From positions 65,394 to 129,393 of the forward strand of contig JBEKWR010000005.1 in assembly GCA_049512935.1 (NCBI GenBank): a stretch of 64,000 bases of DNA, in the 5' to 3' direction. Positions 8,935 to 18,728 of this stretch are shown piece after piece. The notes under the pieces are model-generated. The model saw only the letters and a program-made list of their open reading frames with translations, ran no database searches and was not told the origin of the DNA. Source of the DNA: Candidatus Bathyarchaeia archaeon. GTDB taxonomy: Archaea; Thermoproteota; Bathyarchaeia; Bathyarchaeales; Bathycorpusculaceae. The position numbers and the translations under genes were made by a program. Each line of letters starts with the position of its first letter. Within the stretch, counting starts at the first letter, position 1.

Positions 8935-11900
8935 ATGAAATTTAAGGTTTGTAAGCTTGTAGCATTAGTATTCGTAGTTTTTATCATGACTTTTGCATTG
9001 TTAGCTACTAATGGAGCCCGCGGGGCGGCAGTGAACTCAACAGTAACGGTGGGAGCCAGTCCTGTTGGTGTGGCTTACGACTCGGGCACGGGCGAAATAT
9101 TCGTGTCTAACACCGGCGCTAACACCGTTTCAGTCATTTCGGACAGCACTGACAGCGTCGTTGCAAACGTCACAGTCGGGAACTCTCCCAGCGGCGTGGC
9201 TTACGACTCAGGCACGGGCAACATATTCGTAGCTAACACTAACTCAAACACTGTCTCGGTCATCTCGGACGGCACCAACAGCGTAGTTGCAAGCGTAACG
9301 GTGGCGGCTAATCCCGTGGGAGTGGCTTACGATTGGGGCAAAGGCGAAGTTTTCGTGGCTGACTCGGGCGCTGGCAACGTTTCAGTGATATCTGACAGCA
9401 CCAACAAAGTGGTTGCTAACGTGGCGGTGGGAACAAATCCCCAAGGCTTGGCTTATGATTCTGCCAAAGGCGAAGTGTTCGTGACAAACTACGGGTCTAA
9501 CACGGTCTCAGTCATATCAGACAGCACCAACAAAGTGGTCGCGACCATCAACGTGGGAAACAACCCCTTGGGCGTCGACTACGACTCGAACAAAGGAGAA
9601 ATATTCGCAGCGAACTACGGAAGCAGTACGGTTTCGGTGATATATGACGGCAACAACTCGGTGATTGCGACCGTCACTGGGGAAAACAACCCGTACGGTG
9701 TGGCCTACGATGCGGGAATAGGCGAGGTCTTCGTAACAGACGCTGGCTCAGGCTCGGTCTCGGTTATATCGGAAGAAACTAACACGGTGGTTGAAAACAT
9801 AGCGGTGGGAAACAGCCCGTACGGCATAGCTTATGACTCTGGAATGGGCAAGATACTGGTGGCTAATCACGGGTCTAACTCGGTGTCGGTCATATTGGAT
9901 GCGGTTGTTGCATCCGTGCCCACGGGAAGTTGGCCCCAAGACTTAGCTTATGACTCTGGCAAGGGCGAAATATTCGTGGCCAACTGGGGCGACAACACGG
10001 TATCCATAATATCAGACAACATCAACAGCGTGGTTGCAACCGTAAACGTGGAAAACTGGACTTATGGCGTAGGTTATGACGCTGCCAAGGGCGAAGTGTT
10101 TGTAGCCAACTATGGAAACGACACGGTCTCAATCATATCGGATAAAACTAACACCGTGGTTGCAACCTTGAATGTCGGAGCAGGCCCCTCATGCGTGGCT
10201 TACGACCCTGCCAAGGGCGAAATCTTCGTAACCGAGTACGACGGCAACGCGGTGACAATCATATCCGACAGCGCCAACAGCGTAGTCGCGACGGTGCCCG
10301 TGGGAGCAGGCGCATATGGCATAGCTTACGATTCTGGCAAAGGCGAAGTTTTCGTGGCTGACCTCAACTCCAACTCTGTTTCAGTCATTTCTGACAGCAC
10401 CAACAGCGTAGTCGCAACCATAAGCATGCCGCATGCTGACGGTGTGGCTTACGATTCTGGCAAAGGCGAAGTTTTCGTCACGAACTATTACGAGGGCACG
10501 GTCTCGGTGATATCGGACAGCAGCAACTCTGTCGTGGCAACTGTAAACGTTGGAACGTCTCCTGAATGCGATGTTTATGACCCGGCGAACGGTCAGGTTT
10601 ACGTGACTAACGAGGGGTCAGACTCTGTGTCGGTGATATCTGACAGCAGCAACAGTGTGGTGGCAACCTTAACTTTGGGGTACTACCCCTACGGCATAAC
10701 TTACGATTCTGCAAGAGACGAAATATTTGTAGGCAACACTTTCTCCCAGACGGTTTCCGTATTGTCTGACGGCACAACTTTTGCTACGCACGCGCTCACA
10801 GGCACGGTGGATCAGGGTCAGACATCCACGTTGACCTCGACCCTGCCTACCTCGGGCACCCCGCCTTACACGTACCAGTGGTTCAGCAAAGCGCCAAGCG
10901 CCTCATCATACACGGCGGTTAGCGATGCCAACTCGTTCAGCTACAACTTCGCAACCTCAACTTCAACAGCCGCTGGAATCTGGAGCTTCCGCCTACAAGC
11001 AACCGACAGCACAGGAACAGCAGTAAACTCCACTGCCACAACCGTAACTGTTAACACTGCGTTGTCCGCTCCCTCTGCCTCGTCCTCGCCAAGCGCAATC
11101 GATCAAGGACAAACCTCAAGCCTAACCTCCACAACGGTGACGACGGGAACGGCGCCTTACACGTATCAGTGGTTCAGCGAAGCCCCAGGAGCATCAACGT
11201 ACACGGCAATCAATGGCGCAACATCGTCTGGCTACAGCTTCGTAACGTCGGGTTCTACGGCAGCGGGAAGCTGGAACTTCATGCTTCAAGTAACAGACAG
11301 CACTGGTGCAACGGCAAATTCCAATGCAGCCGCAGTTACGGTAAACGCCGCTGCAATTGTCTCTGTAACGCCTTCTTCCTGGACTATGGATGTTGGCCAG
11401 TCTAAACCCTTTACAGCTGCTGTTTCAGGCGGCACTGGCACGCTTAGCTATCAATGGTACTTGAGCGGTTCCTCCGTTTCAGGTCAGACTGCCTCAACCT
11501 ACACGTTCACCGCGTCTTCTGCTGGCTCGCCGACAATCTACTGTGTGGTCAAGGACGGCACTTCCAAAGTGGTACAGTCGAACACGGTTTCCGTTACGGT
11601 GAATCCTGCCTTGACGGTTGCCGTGTCACCCGCATCCGCCGCGATGGACAGCGGTCAGTCTGAACTGTTCACGGCGACAACCTCAGGTGGCAGCGGCACT
11701 CTCAGCTATCAATGGTACCTAAACAGTTTATCCGTTTCAGGCCAGACGAGTTCAACCTACACGTTCATTGCTTCGTCCTCTGGCTCACAAACGATTTACT
11801 GCAAAGTGACCGACCAAGCTTCCGCCCCTATAACTATCCAGTCAACGACGTCAACTGTTTCGGTGAATTCCGCTTTAATCGCTCCAACCGCCTCCTCGTC

Positions 11901-12711
11901 GCCCAGCACTTTGAACCAGGGTCAGACTTCAAGTTTGACTTCTACCGCGGTGACAACGGGGACAGCGCCTTACACGTACCAGTGGTTCAGCAAAGCGCCA
12001 AGCGCATCAACATACGCGACAGTTAGCGGCGCGAACTCTTTGAGCTACAACTTTGCAACGTCAACCTCGACAGCCGCGGGAGAATGGAACTTCAAGTTTC
12101 AAGTGACCGACAGCGCAGGAGCGGCAGTAAACTCTACTGCCACAACCGTAACAGTCAACCCCGCACTAGCCGTACCCACTGCAACTTCCAATCTAAACCC
12201 AGTTGTCCAAGGACAAACCGCAACCTTAACCATCACAACCGTCACAACAGGAACCGCACCCTACGCATACCAATGGTTTAGCGAAACGCCCGGAGCATCA
12301 ACGTACACTGCAATCAATGGCGCAACATCGTCTGGCTACAGCTTCGCAACGTCGGCATCCACGGCAACTGGCACCTGGAGTTTCGTGCTTCAAACTACGG
12401 ACAACGTTGGAGCCGCAATCAACTCAACAGTTGCCACAGTGACCGTTAATGCAGTCAGCACAGGTAACTCCCAGCCTAACCCGACACAAACTCCGTACGT
12501 AAGCCCAACTGCCCCTCCTTCAACTCCAAGCCCGACACCAAAGCCGACCGCTTCTCCTTCTCCAACCCCCACAGCAACGCCAACATCGTCTGCCTCTCAA
12601 AAACAAACTGGATCCAAGTTCAGCACTGCAGCGCTCGTTTTGATGGGATTAGGAATCGCGGCGGTCGCCGTTTCATTGGTTGTTGTGGCAATAAAGAAGT
12701 TTAAGCATTAG
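8935..12711 (+). CDS. Cell-surface protein: YVTN/YncE beta-propeller repeats, six Ig/PKD-like modules, Pro/Thr linker and C-terminal TM anchor
   Basis: Signal peptide, about 14 P.GVAYD.GKGE.FV.N..SN.VSVISD repeats, repeated GT.PY.YQW modules, PTP linker, TM followed by KKFKH. Confidence 0.92.
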   Translation: MKFKVCKLVALVFVVFIMTFALLATNGARGAAVNSTVTVGASPVGVAYDSGTGEIFVSNTGANTVSVISDSTDSVVANVTVGNSPSGVAYDSGTGNIFVANTNSNTVSVISDGTNSVVASVTVAANPVGVAYDWGKGEVFVADSGAGNVSVISDSTNKVVANVAVGTNPQGLAYDSAKGEVFVTNYGSNTVSVISDSTNKVVATINVGNNPLGVDYDSNKGEIFAANYGSSTVSVIYDGNNSVIATVTGENNPYGVAYDAGIGEVFVTDAGSGSVSVISEETNTVVENIAVGNSPYGIAYDSGMGKILVANHGSNSVSVILDAVVASVPTGSWPQDLAYDSGKGEIFVANWGDNTVSIISDNINSVVATVNVENWTYGVGYDAAKGEVFVANYGNDTVSIISDKTNTVVATLNVGAGPSCVAYDPAKGEIFVTEYDGNAVTIISDSANSVVATVPVGAGAYGIAYDSGKGEVFVADLNSNSVSVISDSTNSVVATISMPHADGVAYDSGKGEVFVTNYYEGTVSVISDSSNSVVATVNVGTSPECDVYDPANGQVYVTNEGSDSVSVISDSSNSVVATLTLGYYPYGITYDSARDEIFVGNTFSQTVSVLSDGTTFATHALTGTVDQGQTSTLTSTLPTSGTPPYTYQWFSKAPSASSYTAVSDANSFSYNFATSTSTAAGIWSFRLQATDSTGTAVNSTATTVTVNTALSAPSASSSPSAIDQGQTSSLTSTTVTTGTAPYTYQWFSEAPGASTYTAINGATSSGYSFVTSGSTAAGSWNFMLQVTDSTGATANSNAAAVTVNAAAIVSVTPSSWTMDVGQSKPFTAAVSGGTGTLSYQWYLSGSSVSGQTASTYTFTASSAGSPTIYCVVKDGTSKVVQSNTVSVTVNPALTVAVSPASAAMDSGQSELFTATTSGGSGTLSYQWYLNSLSVSGQTSSTYTFIASSSGSQTIYCKVTDQASAPITIQSTTSTVSVNSALIAPTASSSPSTLNQGQTSSLTSTAVTTGTAPYTYQWFSKAPSASTYATVSGANSLSYNFATSTSTAAGEWNFKFQVTDSAGAAVNSTATTVTVNPALAVPTATSNLNPVVQGQTATLTITTVTTGTAPYAYQWFSETPGASTYTAINGATSSGYSFATSASTATGTWSFVLQTTDNVGAAINSTVATVTVNAVSTGNSQPNPTQTPYVSPTAPPSTPSPTPKPTASPSPTPTATPTSSASQKQTGSKFSTAALVLMGLGIAAVAVSLVVVAIKKFKH

Positions 12712-12768
12712 CATCGCTGTTTGCAGACAAAAGAGAATTAGGAGTTTCTGGGTAAGTAATGCTCCCTA

Positions 12769-12785
12769 TTTTTTTCTTTTTTTTT
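12769..12785 (+). terminator. Oligo-T archaeal terminator
   Basis: Long T-tract downstream of the YVTN gene. Confidence 0.55.
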
Positions 12786-12818
12786 GAAACGGTGCCTTCA
12801 AACCGAAATCGACCTGTC

Positions 12819-13427
12819 TTAAACAACAGGGTACAGCCCACGTTTTTTTAGAAAAACAATTCTGGCGTCAATGGATCCCGCGATGGAGAAAAGCTGAGTA
12901 GGAACCAGTGCTCCTCTGCTCCATTTGTTTTTCGGAAAGAACCTGTCGACGGCTTCGTCAGTTACGGGGTTAAACCTTTCTTGACCCGTTTCTATGCTTG
13001 CACCCCTAATCAGCATGTGCCCCCGGGGTTTCAAGACACGGAAAACCTCGCTGCTGAACCTTGACCGATCAGCATCTTCTATAAGGTGGAACAAGCCCCG
13101 GTCAGTGACGAGGTCGAAGGTTTGGCTTTCAAGCGGCAAATCAAAAACGCTGCCGAGCACCCAATCAACCTTAACTTGGGCGGCGTCGGCTCTTGCTTTG
13201 GCGATTTTGAGCGCTTTCCTGCTTAAATCAACGCCAGCCAGTTTGAAGCCGCATCGCGCCATGAAAATCGCGTCCAACCCGCCTCCGCAGCCGACGTCCA
13301 AGATTTTATCGGTTTTCCTCAGCAATCCAGCAGCCACCAGCGCCGCAAGCTCGGGAGACGAGCTGTTTGGCTCCCAATGCCTAAAATCTCCAGACACGTA
13401 ATCAGAATCCCAATTGTAATCTGACAT
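12819..13427 (-). CDS. Class I SAM-dependent methyltransferase
   Basis: ILDVGCGGG, FDLVTDRGLFH, RVLKPRG. Confidence 0.92.
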   Translation of the reverse strand: MSDYNWDSDYVSGDFRHWEPNSSSPELAALVAAGLLRKTDKILDVGCGGGLDAIFMARCGFKLAGVDLSRKALKIAKARADAAQVKVDWVLGSVFDLPLESQTFDLVTDRGLFHLIEDADRSRFSSEVFRVLKPRGHMLIRGASIETGQERFNPVTDEAVDRFFPKNKWSRGALVPTQLFSIAGSIDARIVFLKKRGLYPVV

Positions 13428-13623
13428 TGATTTCGGCTCGCTGCCTTGATTAATTCTCCGGGTCGTAGAAAGCCTTTTTCGTTGAGTTTATTTTGTCGAA
13501 GAGGTTAATAACCAAGTTTACAATCTAGGTATTGACCCTAAAACGCAGGCGCAGACGCATCACACGGCTGCATCTCATTCTTGATGGGGTTCTTGAACAG
13601 AAGAAAAATGTGAAGTGTCAAGT

Positions 13624-15087
13624 ATGGCTTCGAGGTATCAACTGTTTATCAACGGAGAATGGGTGAACTCAGAGTCAGGAGAAACCTTCCAAAGAGTTAA
13701 CCCTGCAGACCCAGACGAAGTTATCGGAGAATTCCAGAAGGGAAACGTTCTTGACGTGCAGAAGGCTGTTGACGCCGCCGAAAAAGCTTTTGAGGCTTGG
13801 TCGGATACGCCCGCTCCGAAACGCGCCGAATACCTGTTTAAGGCTGCCCAGCTGCTGAACGAAAACAAGGTTGAGTTGTCTCGCATCATGACTCGAGAAA
13901 TGGGCAAGACCTTGTCCGACGCAGGCGCTGACGTTCAAGAGGCAATCGATGTCGGGTTCTACGCCGCTGGCGAAGGCAAAAGGCTCTTCGGATACACCGC
14001 GCCCTCGGAAAAACCGAACAAGTTTGCGATGACCATAAGACTGCCCATCGGCGTGGCGGGGCTGATTCCACCTTGGAACTTCCCGATTGCCATTCCTGCC
14101 AAGAAGGTTTTCTACTCGCTTCTCTGCGGAAACACCGCCGTTCTAAAGCCAGCGTCAGACACTCCCCTCTGCGCCATTAAGCTGGTTGAGCTGGTGGAAA
14201 AGGCTGGAGTCCCGAAAGGCGTCATCAACTTGGTTACTGGACCAGGCGAAACCGTAGGGATGGCTTTGATAAGAGACAAGCGTGTGCGAGTCATCAGCTT
14301 CACGGGGCACAAAGACACGGGCGCAACGATTTTGAGGGAAGCAGGGCTTAAACGGTTAAATCTTGAGATGGGAGGAAAAAACCCGATTATAGTTATGGAC
14401 GACGCAGACCTTAAACTTGCAGTGAACGGGGTTTTATGGGGCGGCTTCGAAACCACGGGGCAGAGATGCACCGCTGCGTCCAGAGTGATTGTTCACCAGA
14501 AAATCAAGGAGACCTTTGAGGCTATGCTGCTTGATCAGGTTCGCAGGCTTAAGCTTGGAAACGGCTTAGACCCGAAGACCGATATTGGACCCTTAGTCAA
14601 CAAGGCGGCGCAGGACAAGGTAAGCAGGTACGTTGAGATCGGAAAAAATGAGGGCGCTAAGCTGCTGGTAGGAGGCAACGTGCCCAAGGATTTGAAGGGG
14701 TACTTCTTTGACCCAACAGTTTTTACAGACTGCACGGCGAACATGCGGATTGCTCAGGAAGAAATTTTCGGACCAGTAATCTCGATTTTCTCAGCCCAAA
14801 ACCTAAGTGAGGCAATCGAAATCGCGAATTCCGTCGAGTACGGTTTAAGCTCCTCGATATACACCAACAGCATAAACAACGCGTTTGTCGCAATCAACAA
14901 GCTTCAGGCAGGATTAACCTACGTTAACAGTCCAACAATCGGCGCTGAAAGCCACCTTCCCTTCGGAGGCATGAAACACTCAGGAAACACGCGGGAAGAC
15001 GGACCTGAAGGCGTAAAGGAATTCACGGAGTTAAAAACGGTTTACGTTGACTTCTCAGGGAAACTTCAGAAAGCGTACATAGATTAA
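13624..15087 (+). CDS. Aldehyde dehydrogenase family protein
   Basis: PWNFP, LEMGGKNP, GQRCTA (catalytic Cys), EEIFGPV, PFGGMKHSG. Confidence 0.95.
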   Translation: MASRYQLFINGEWVNSESGETFQRVNPADPDEVIGEFQKGNVLDVQKAVDAAEKAFEAWSDTPAPKRAEYLFKAAQLLNENKVELSRIMTREMGKTLSDAGADVQEAIDVGFYAAGEGKRLFGYTAPSEKPNKFAMTIRLPIGVAGLIPPWNFPIAIPAKKVFYSLLCGNTAVLKPASDTPLCAIKLVELVEKAGVPKGVINLVTGPGETVGMALIRDKRVRVISFTGHKDTGATILREAGLKRLNLEMGGKNPIIVMDDADLKLAVNGVLWGGFETTGQRCTAASRVIVHQKIKETFEAMLLDQVRRLKLGNGLDPKTDIGPLVNKAAQDKVSRYVEIGKNEGAKLLVGGNVPKDLKGYFFDPTVFTDCTANMRIAQEEIFGPVISIFSAQNLSEAIEIANSVEYGLSSSIYTNSINNAFVAINKLQAGLTYVNSPTIGAESHLPFGGMKHSGNTREDGPEGVKEFTELKTVYVDFSGKLQKAYID

Positions 15088-15211
15088 ATCAAGCCCTTCG
15101 ACTGATGCTTTGCTAAAGCCGCTTATCATTCCCACATGATTTACTGGCAGATTTAGCCGCTGTTTTCTTCTTTCGCAAGTTCTAAATACGGGCTTGAATG
15201 TCTGATGTTTT

Positions 15212-16435
15212 ATGAACGAGAAATCCGCGGTCAATAAGGGCTTTAAAAGGGTGCTGCTGCTTCCCGCCGTGCTGTTAGGTACGTTTCTCGCATATTCAAT
15301 TAGTGTTTTTACCAGCACACTTCTTGTCGACATCGCCTCATCATTTAAAGTTTCGATCGGCACGGCAAGCCAGCTTGGGTTGATTAGCAGTCTTATAGGC
15401 TTAATAATGGGTTTAGCGATGGGTGCCATTTCATTAAAGTTCAAACATAAATCGCTGTTTCTTTTGGGTATCGCATCCTTTGCGGTTGGAACATTGGGTT
15501 TCTTCGTTGCCCAAAACTTCGCTACAGTTCTGTTGTTCCAGTTCTTCATAGGCGTTGGCGCAGCGATTATCAGCATCATGAGTTACGCCTTGATTGGGGA
15601 CCTGTTTCCTTTGGAAAGAAGAGGATGGGTTGTCGGCTTGACAGTTTCAGCCGTAATGGCGTCCTTTGTTATTGTTGCGCCATTGTCTGGATTTATCGCA
15701 GGCATTGCAGGATGGCGGATGGTGCTCCTCAGCTTTATCTTCCCGTTGTCTATCGCTTGCCTTGCAATCGGCTTTTTCGGCATTCCTTCAAAACAGTCAC
15801 TGCCACAGTCGAGCAAATCTCTGTATTCGGAGGCGTTCAAACAGATTTTGCTCAATAAGTCAGCCATGGCATGCGTCATAGGGACCACACTCTTCACATG
15901 CATCGGTGTTATACCCGTGTATGCGGTTTCCTTCTACAGAATAGCATTCTCAGTGTCTCCTGCGATTGGAGGGGTATTTTCATCAGTCGCCGCTTTTGGA
16001 GGCATTTTGGGAGGAGTCACAAGCGGGAAACTTATAAACAGATGTGGCAGAAAGCCATTAACGGTAGCTGCAAGTGTCGCTTCAGGAATATCATCCATCT
16101 TATTCACTTACATCCCTAACATGCTGATTTCAGTTGCCTTCTGGGCGATTGCAGCAACCTTCGCCTCCATAACCGTCGCAGCACTTTACAGCTTGGTTCT
16201 TGAACAAGTACCGAGTTTTAAGGCGTCGATGATGTCAATTAACTTGACGTTCCAAAATGCTGGTTTAATTTTGGGATTAATCATAGGTGGACTGGTGCTG
16301 AACCTCGACCACAACAACTTCCAATTGCTAATGACTATTTTCGGAGCCTTGGGAGCTACTGCAGGCGCTATTGTACTTCTTTTAGCAAAAGACACATGCA
16401 AAACAGCTCAATTTGAAAGTTTAAGTCAGAAATAG
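15212..16435 (+). CDS. MFS transporter
   Basis: About 12 TM segments; ALIGDLFPLERRG and GWRMV motifs. Confidence 0.9.
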   Translation: MNEKSAVNKGFKRVLLLPAVLLGTFLAYSISVFTSTLLVDIASSFKVSIGTASQLGLISSLIGLIMGLAMGAISLKFKHKSLFLLGIASFAVGTLGFFVAQNFATVLLFQFFIGVGAAIISIMSYALIGDLFPLERRGWVVGLTVSAVMASFVIVAPLSGFIAGIAGWRMVLLSFIFPLSIACLAIGFFGIPSKQSLPQSSKSLYSEAFKQILLNKSAMACVIGTTLFTCIGVIPVYAVSFYRIAFSVSPAIGGVFSSVAAFGGILGGVTSGKLINRCGRKPLTVAASVASGISSILFTYIPNMLISVAFWAIAATFASITVAALYSLVLEQVPSFKASMMSINLTFQNAGLILGLIIGGLVLNLDHNNFQLLMTIFGALGATAGAIVLLLAKDTCKTAQFESLSQK

Positions 16436-16606
16436 CCTTTTAAATATTCACAAGAACCAAAAAATAATTTTTCTCAAACCTTACCGCTTTAATTTCTCTT
16501 CCTAAAAAATTGCTCCGGCAATTGAACGTGAGTTGACTGCGTTTGTAAATAATTAAAAGAAACTCGGGAGGCTAAGGCAGGATGCCTTTATGATTTTGTT
16601 GGATAG

Positions 16607-17875
16607 CTAGCTTTGCGGAGATTTCCTGTTTAGCCTCTTCTTTTCCGCGGCGAAAACAGCGAATGTCGTGCATACTGTCATGGCAACTAACGCGAGGGCA
16701 AGCGCTTGGCTGGGGAACTCTGGAACTGGCGGTGGAGTTGGCTGGGGAACCGTGATTGCGCCGAAAGCGTACAGGCTGTCGTCGTTTGAGCCGACGTACA
16801 CTACGCCGTTAGCGATTGCAGGAGAGGAGTCTACAAGACCGCCAGTCCCGTAAGTCCACACGGTGCCACCCGTTGTAGCGTTCAAGGCGTAAACGTTATT
16901 GTCGTCAGAGCCCACGTAGACAACGCCGCCCGCAACTGCAGGAGAAGATTCCAGTTGGCTGCCCGTGGGATAGCTCCAAATTTTGCTTCCCGTCAAGGCG
17001 TTAAAAGCGTACAGGTTATTGTCTAATGAACCAACGTAGACCACGCCGTTGGCGACGGCGGGACAAGAGACGACTTGGTCACCTGTGCTGAAACTCCAGA
17101 CTTTATCGCCGTTTGCAATGTTCAAACCGTATACGTAGTAGTCGTCTGAGCCAATGTAGACTAAGTTGCCAGCAACTGCGGGAGAAGAATCAACAGAATC
17201 ACCAGTGGGGTAACTCCATTGCTCTGCGCCGGTTTGCGCGTTCAGCGCGTACACGTTGTCGTCTTCAGAGCCGACGTAAACCACGTTGTTTGAAACAGCG
17301 GGAGACGAAACCACGGAGTCACCTGTTTTGAAACTCCACTCTTTCGTGCCTGTTTGAGCGTTCAGTGCGTAAACCTTGTTGTCGTCTGAGCCAACGTAGA
17401 CTACGCCGTTAGCAACCGCTGGGGAAGACTCCACTTGGTCGCCTGTCTTGTAGCTCCAAATCTTTGCGCCTGTAATTGCGTTTAAAGCGTAAATGCTGTG
17501 ATCTTCGGAGCCAACGTAGACTATGCCGTTTGCAACGGCGGGGGAAGAATCTATAGCGCCGCCAGTCTTGTAACTCCAAATGAATGCGCCAGTGGCCGCG
17601 TTTAGGGCGTAAAGGTAATGGTCATATGAGCCCACGTAAACCTCTCCGTTCACTACGGCGGGAGAAGAGTAATCTATCTTGTTGTCTGTCGCGTAACTCC
17701 ACAGCTTGGTGTTTGCGAGCGGACCTGCTGAAGTGGAGGAGCAGGTGTGGGTCAAGTCATGACCGAACATGGACCACCAATCTACCGTAGATTGCGCGTT
17801 GACTTCAGACGCCAAAACCGAAAACATCGACAAACATAAGATCCCAATAATAACCACGCTAAGGATTTTTTTCAT
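16607..17875 (-). CDS. Secreted PQQ-binding-like (BamB-type) beta-propeller protein with a PEF-CTERM-like sorting signal
   Basis: Eight SSPAVANG.VYVGS.D..YALNA.TG..W repeats; C-terminal VPEFP, TM helix, then KKR. Confidence 0.92.
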   Translation of the reverse strand: MKKILSVVIIGILCLSMFSVLASEVNAQSTVDWWSMFGHDLTHTCSSTSAGPLANTKLWSYATDNKIDYSSPAVVNGEVYVGSYDHYLYALNAATGAFIWSYKTGGAIDSSPAVANGIVYVGSEDHSIYALNAITGAKIWSYKTGDQVESSPAVANGVVYVGSDDNKVYALNAQTGTKEWSFKTGDSVVSSPAVSNNVVYVGSEDDNVYALNAQTGAEQWSYPTGDSVDSSPAVAGNLVYIGSDDYYVYGLNIANGDKVWSFSTGDQVVSCPAVANGVVYVGSLDNNLYAFNALTGSKIWSYPTGSQLESSPAVAGGVVYVGSDDNNVYALNATTGGTVWTYGTGGLVDSSPAIANGVVYVGSNDDSLYAFGAITVPQPTPPPVPEFPSQALALALVAMTVCTTFAVFAAEKKRLNRKSPQS

Positions 17876-18003
17876 TTTGTCTCATCCTCAAGAAATCTGC
17901 TTTGAACTACATAAACGCAATGGGCTTTTAAGATTTTCCATCAATAAAAGGCAAGCTAAAGTTCCATGGCGACTGCTTGCTTAGAGACACCCAATTATCG
18001 CCG

Positions 18004-18426
18004 CTACTTAGAAGTTTGAATGTGATAGAGGTAGAAGGTTTTGTGTCCATTTTGGCATTCGGGAATTTCATCCGCTTTTAACGTTTTCAGCCAGTCATCA
18101 ACCTTGGAGAACCCAGATCTTGCAACGAAAAACCCCAAGTTAGAAGGCATCGTGTTCAACGGAGACGCTACGTTAAATATCCTGACGGAAAACCCTGCTT
18201 GTGAGCCTTGTTCGTCAACTGGGGAGTCAGGGGTGTTTTTGCAGATTTCAACGAACTCTTCGAACTCGATCTTTAGGTTGGCGTCGTAATCCTTAATCCT
18301 GTAGTATTTGTACTGTGGATTTTCAACTTCTACTAACACGTAGACGTCGCCTTTTTTCTTAAGATATTCAAGAGCGTTAGGGTCGATTTCGATTTCTAAA
18401 ACATCTGAGCTAGTGTTTTCGATCAT
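18004..18426 (-). CDS. Hypothetical protein
   Basis: 140-aa ORF with upstream GGTGA/AGGA and a TATA-like TTAAATA. No family recognised. Confidence 0.6.
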   Translation of the reverse strand: MIENTSSDVLEIEIDPNALEYLKKKGDVYVLVEVENPQYKYYRIKDYDANLKIEFEEFVEICKNTPDSPVDEQGSQAGFSVRIFNVASPLNTMPSNLGFFVARSGFSKVDDWLKTLKADEIPECQNGHKTFYLYHIQTSK

Positions 18427-18497
18427 CCTTTTTCACCCAGTCTATGAGCCACCGATCAATTACCTGCATCTTTGGTTTAATATTTAACAGTTTAGCT

Positions 18498-18655
18498 AAA
18501 AACCCTCTTGCTGAACCGACTTCTGGTTGAACCCCTTGAACCCTTGGCTTCTCTGGATGTTCTCCAAGTGGCTGCCGACCGCTCCGTCCCGACCAAACGT
18601 TGAAGCCTGCTCACGGGTCAACCTCGCGAATACTCGTCGGCTGCACGGCAGGGTC
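18498..18655 (-). ncRNA. Putative rod-shaped structured ncRNA (about 158 nt)
   Basis: BRE/TATA (AATCAAAG-TTTTAAG) starts 27 nt upstream. Seven nested helices with G-U pairs form only on the minus strand. The RNA ends in UUUUU. Confidence 0.65.
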
Positions 18656-18728
18656 AAAAATGGATTTCGCATAAACTTAAAACTTTGATTTCGCTTATTT
18701 TCATCATCGCAGGCACGGTGCATGTAAC

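Noticed and set aside
13522-13575. Guanidine-I (ykkC)-like CTAGG and ACACGGC
   Set aside because: The conserved GGUUCCG and GGGAUAAAAGCCCG segments are missing.
18498-18655. 5S rRNA or SAM-I riboswitch identity for the rod RNA
   Set aside because: No CCGAAC loop-C motif. AUCCAGAGAAGC is only a local resemblance, without the rest of the SAM-I core.
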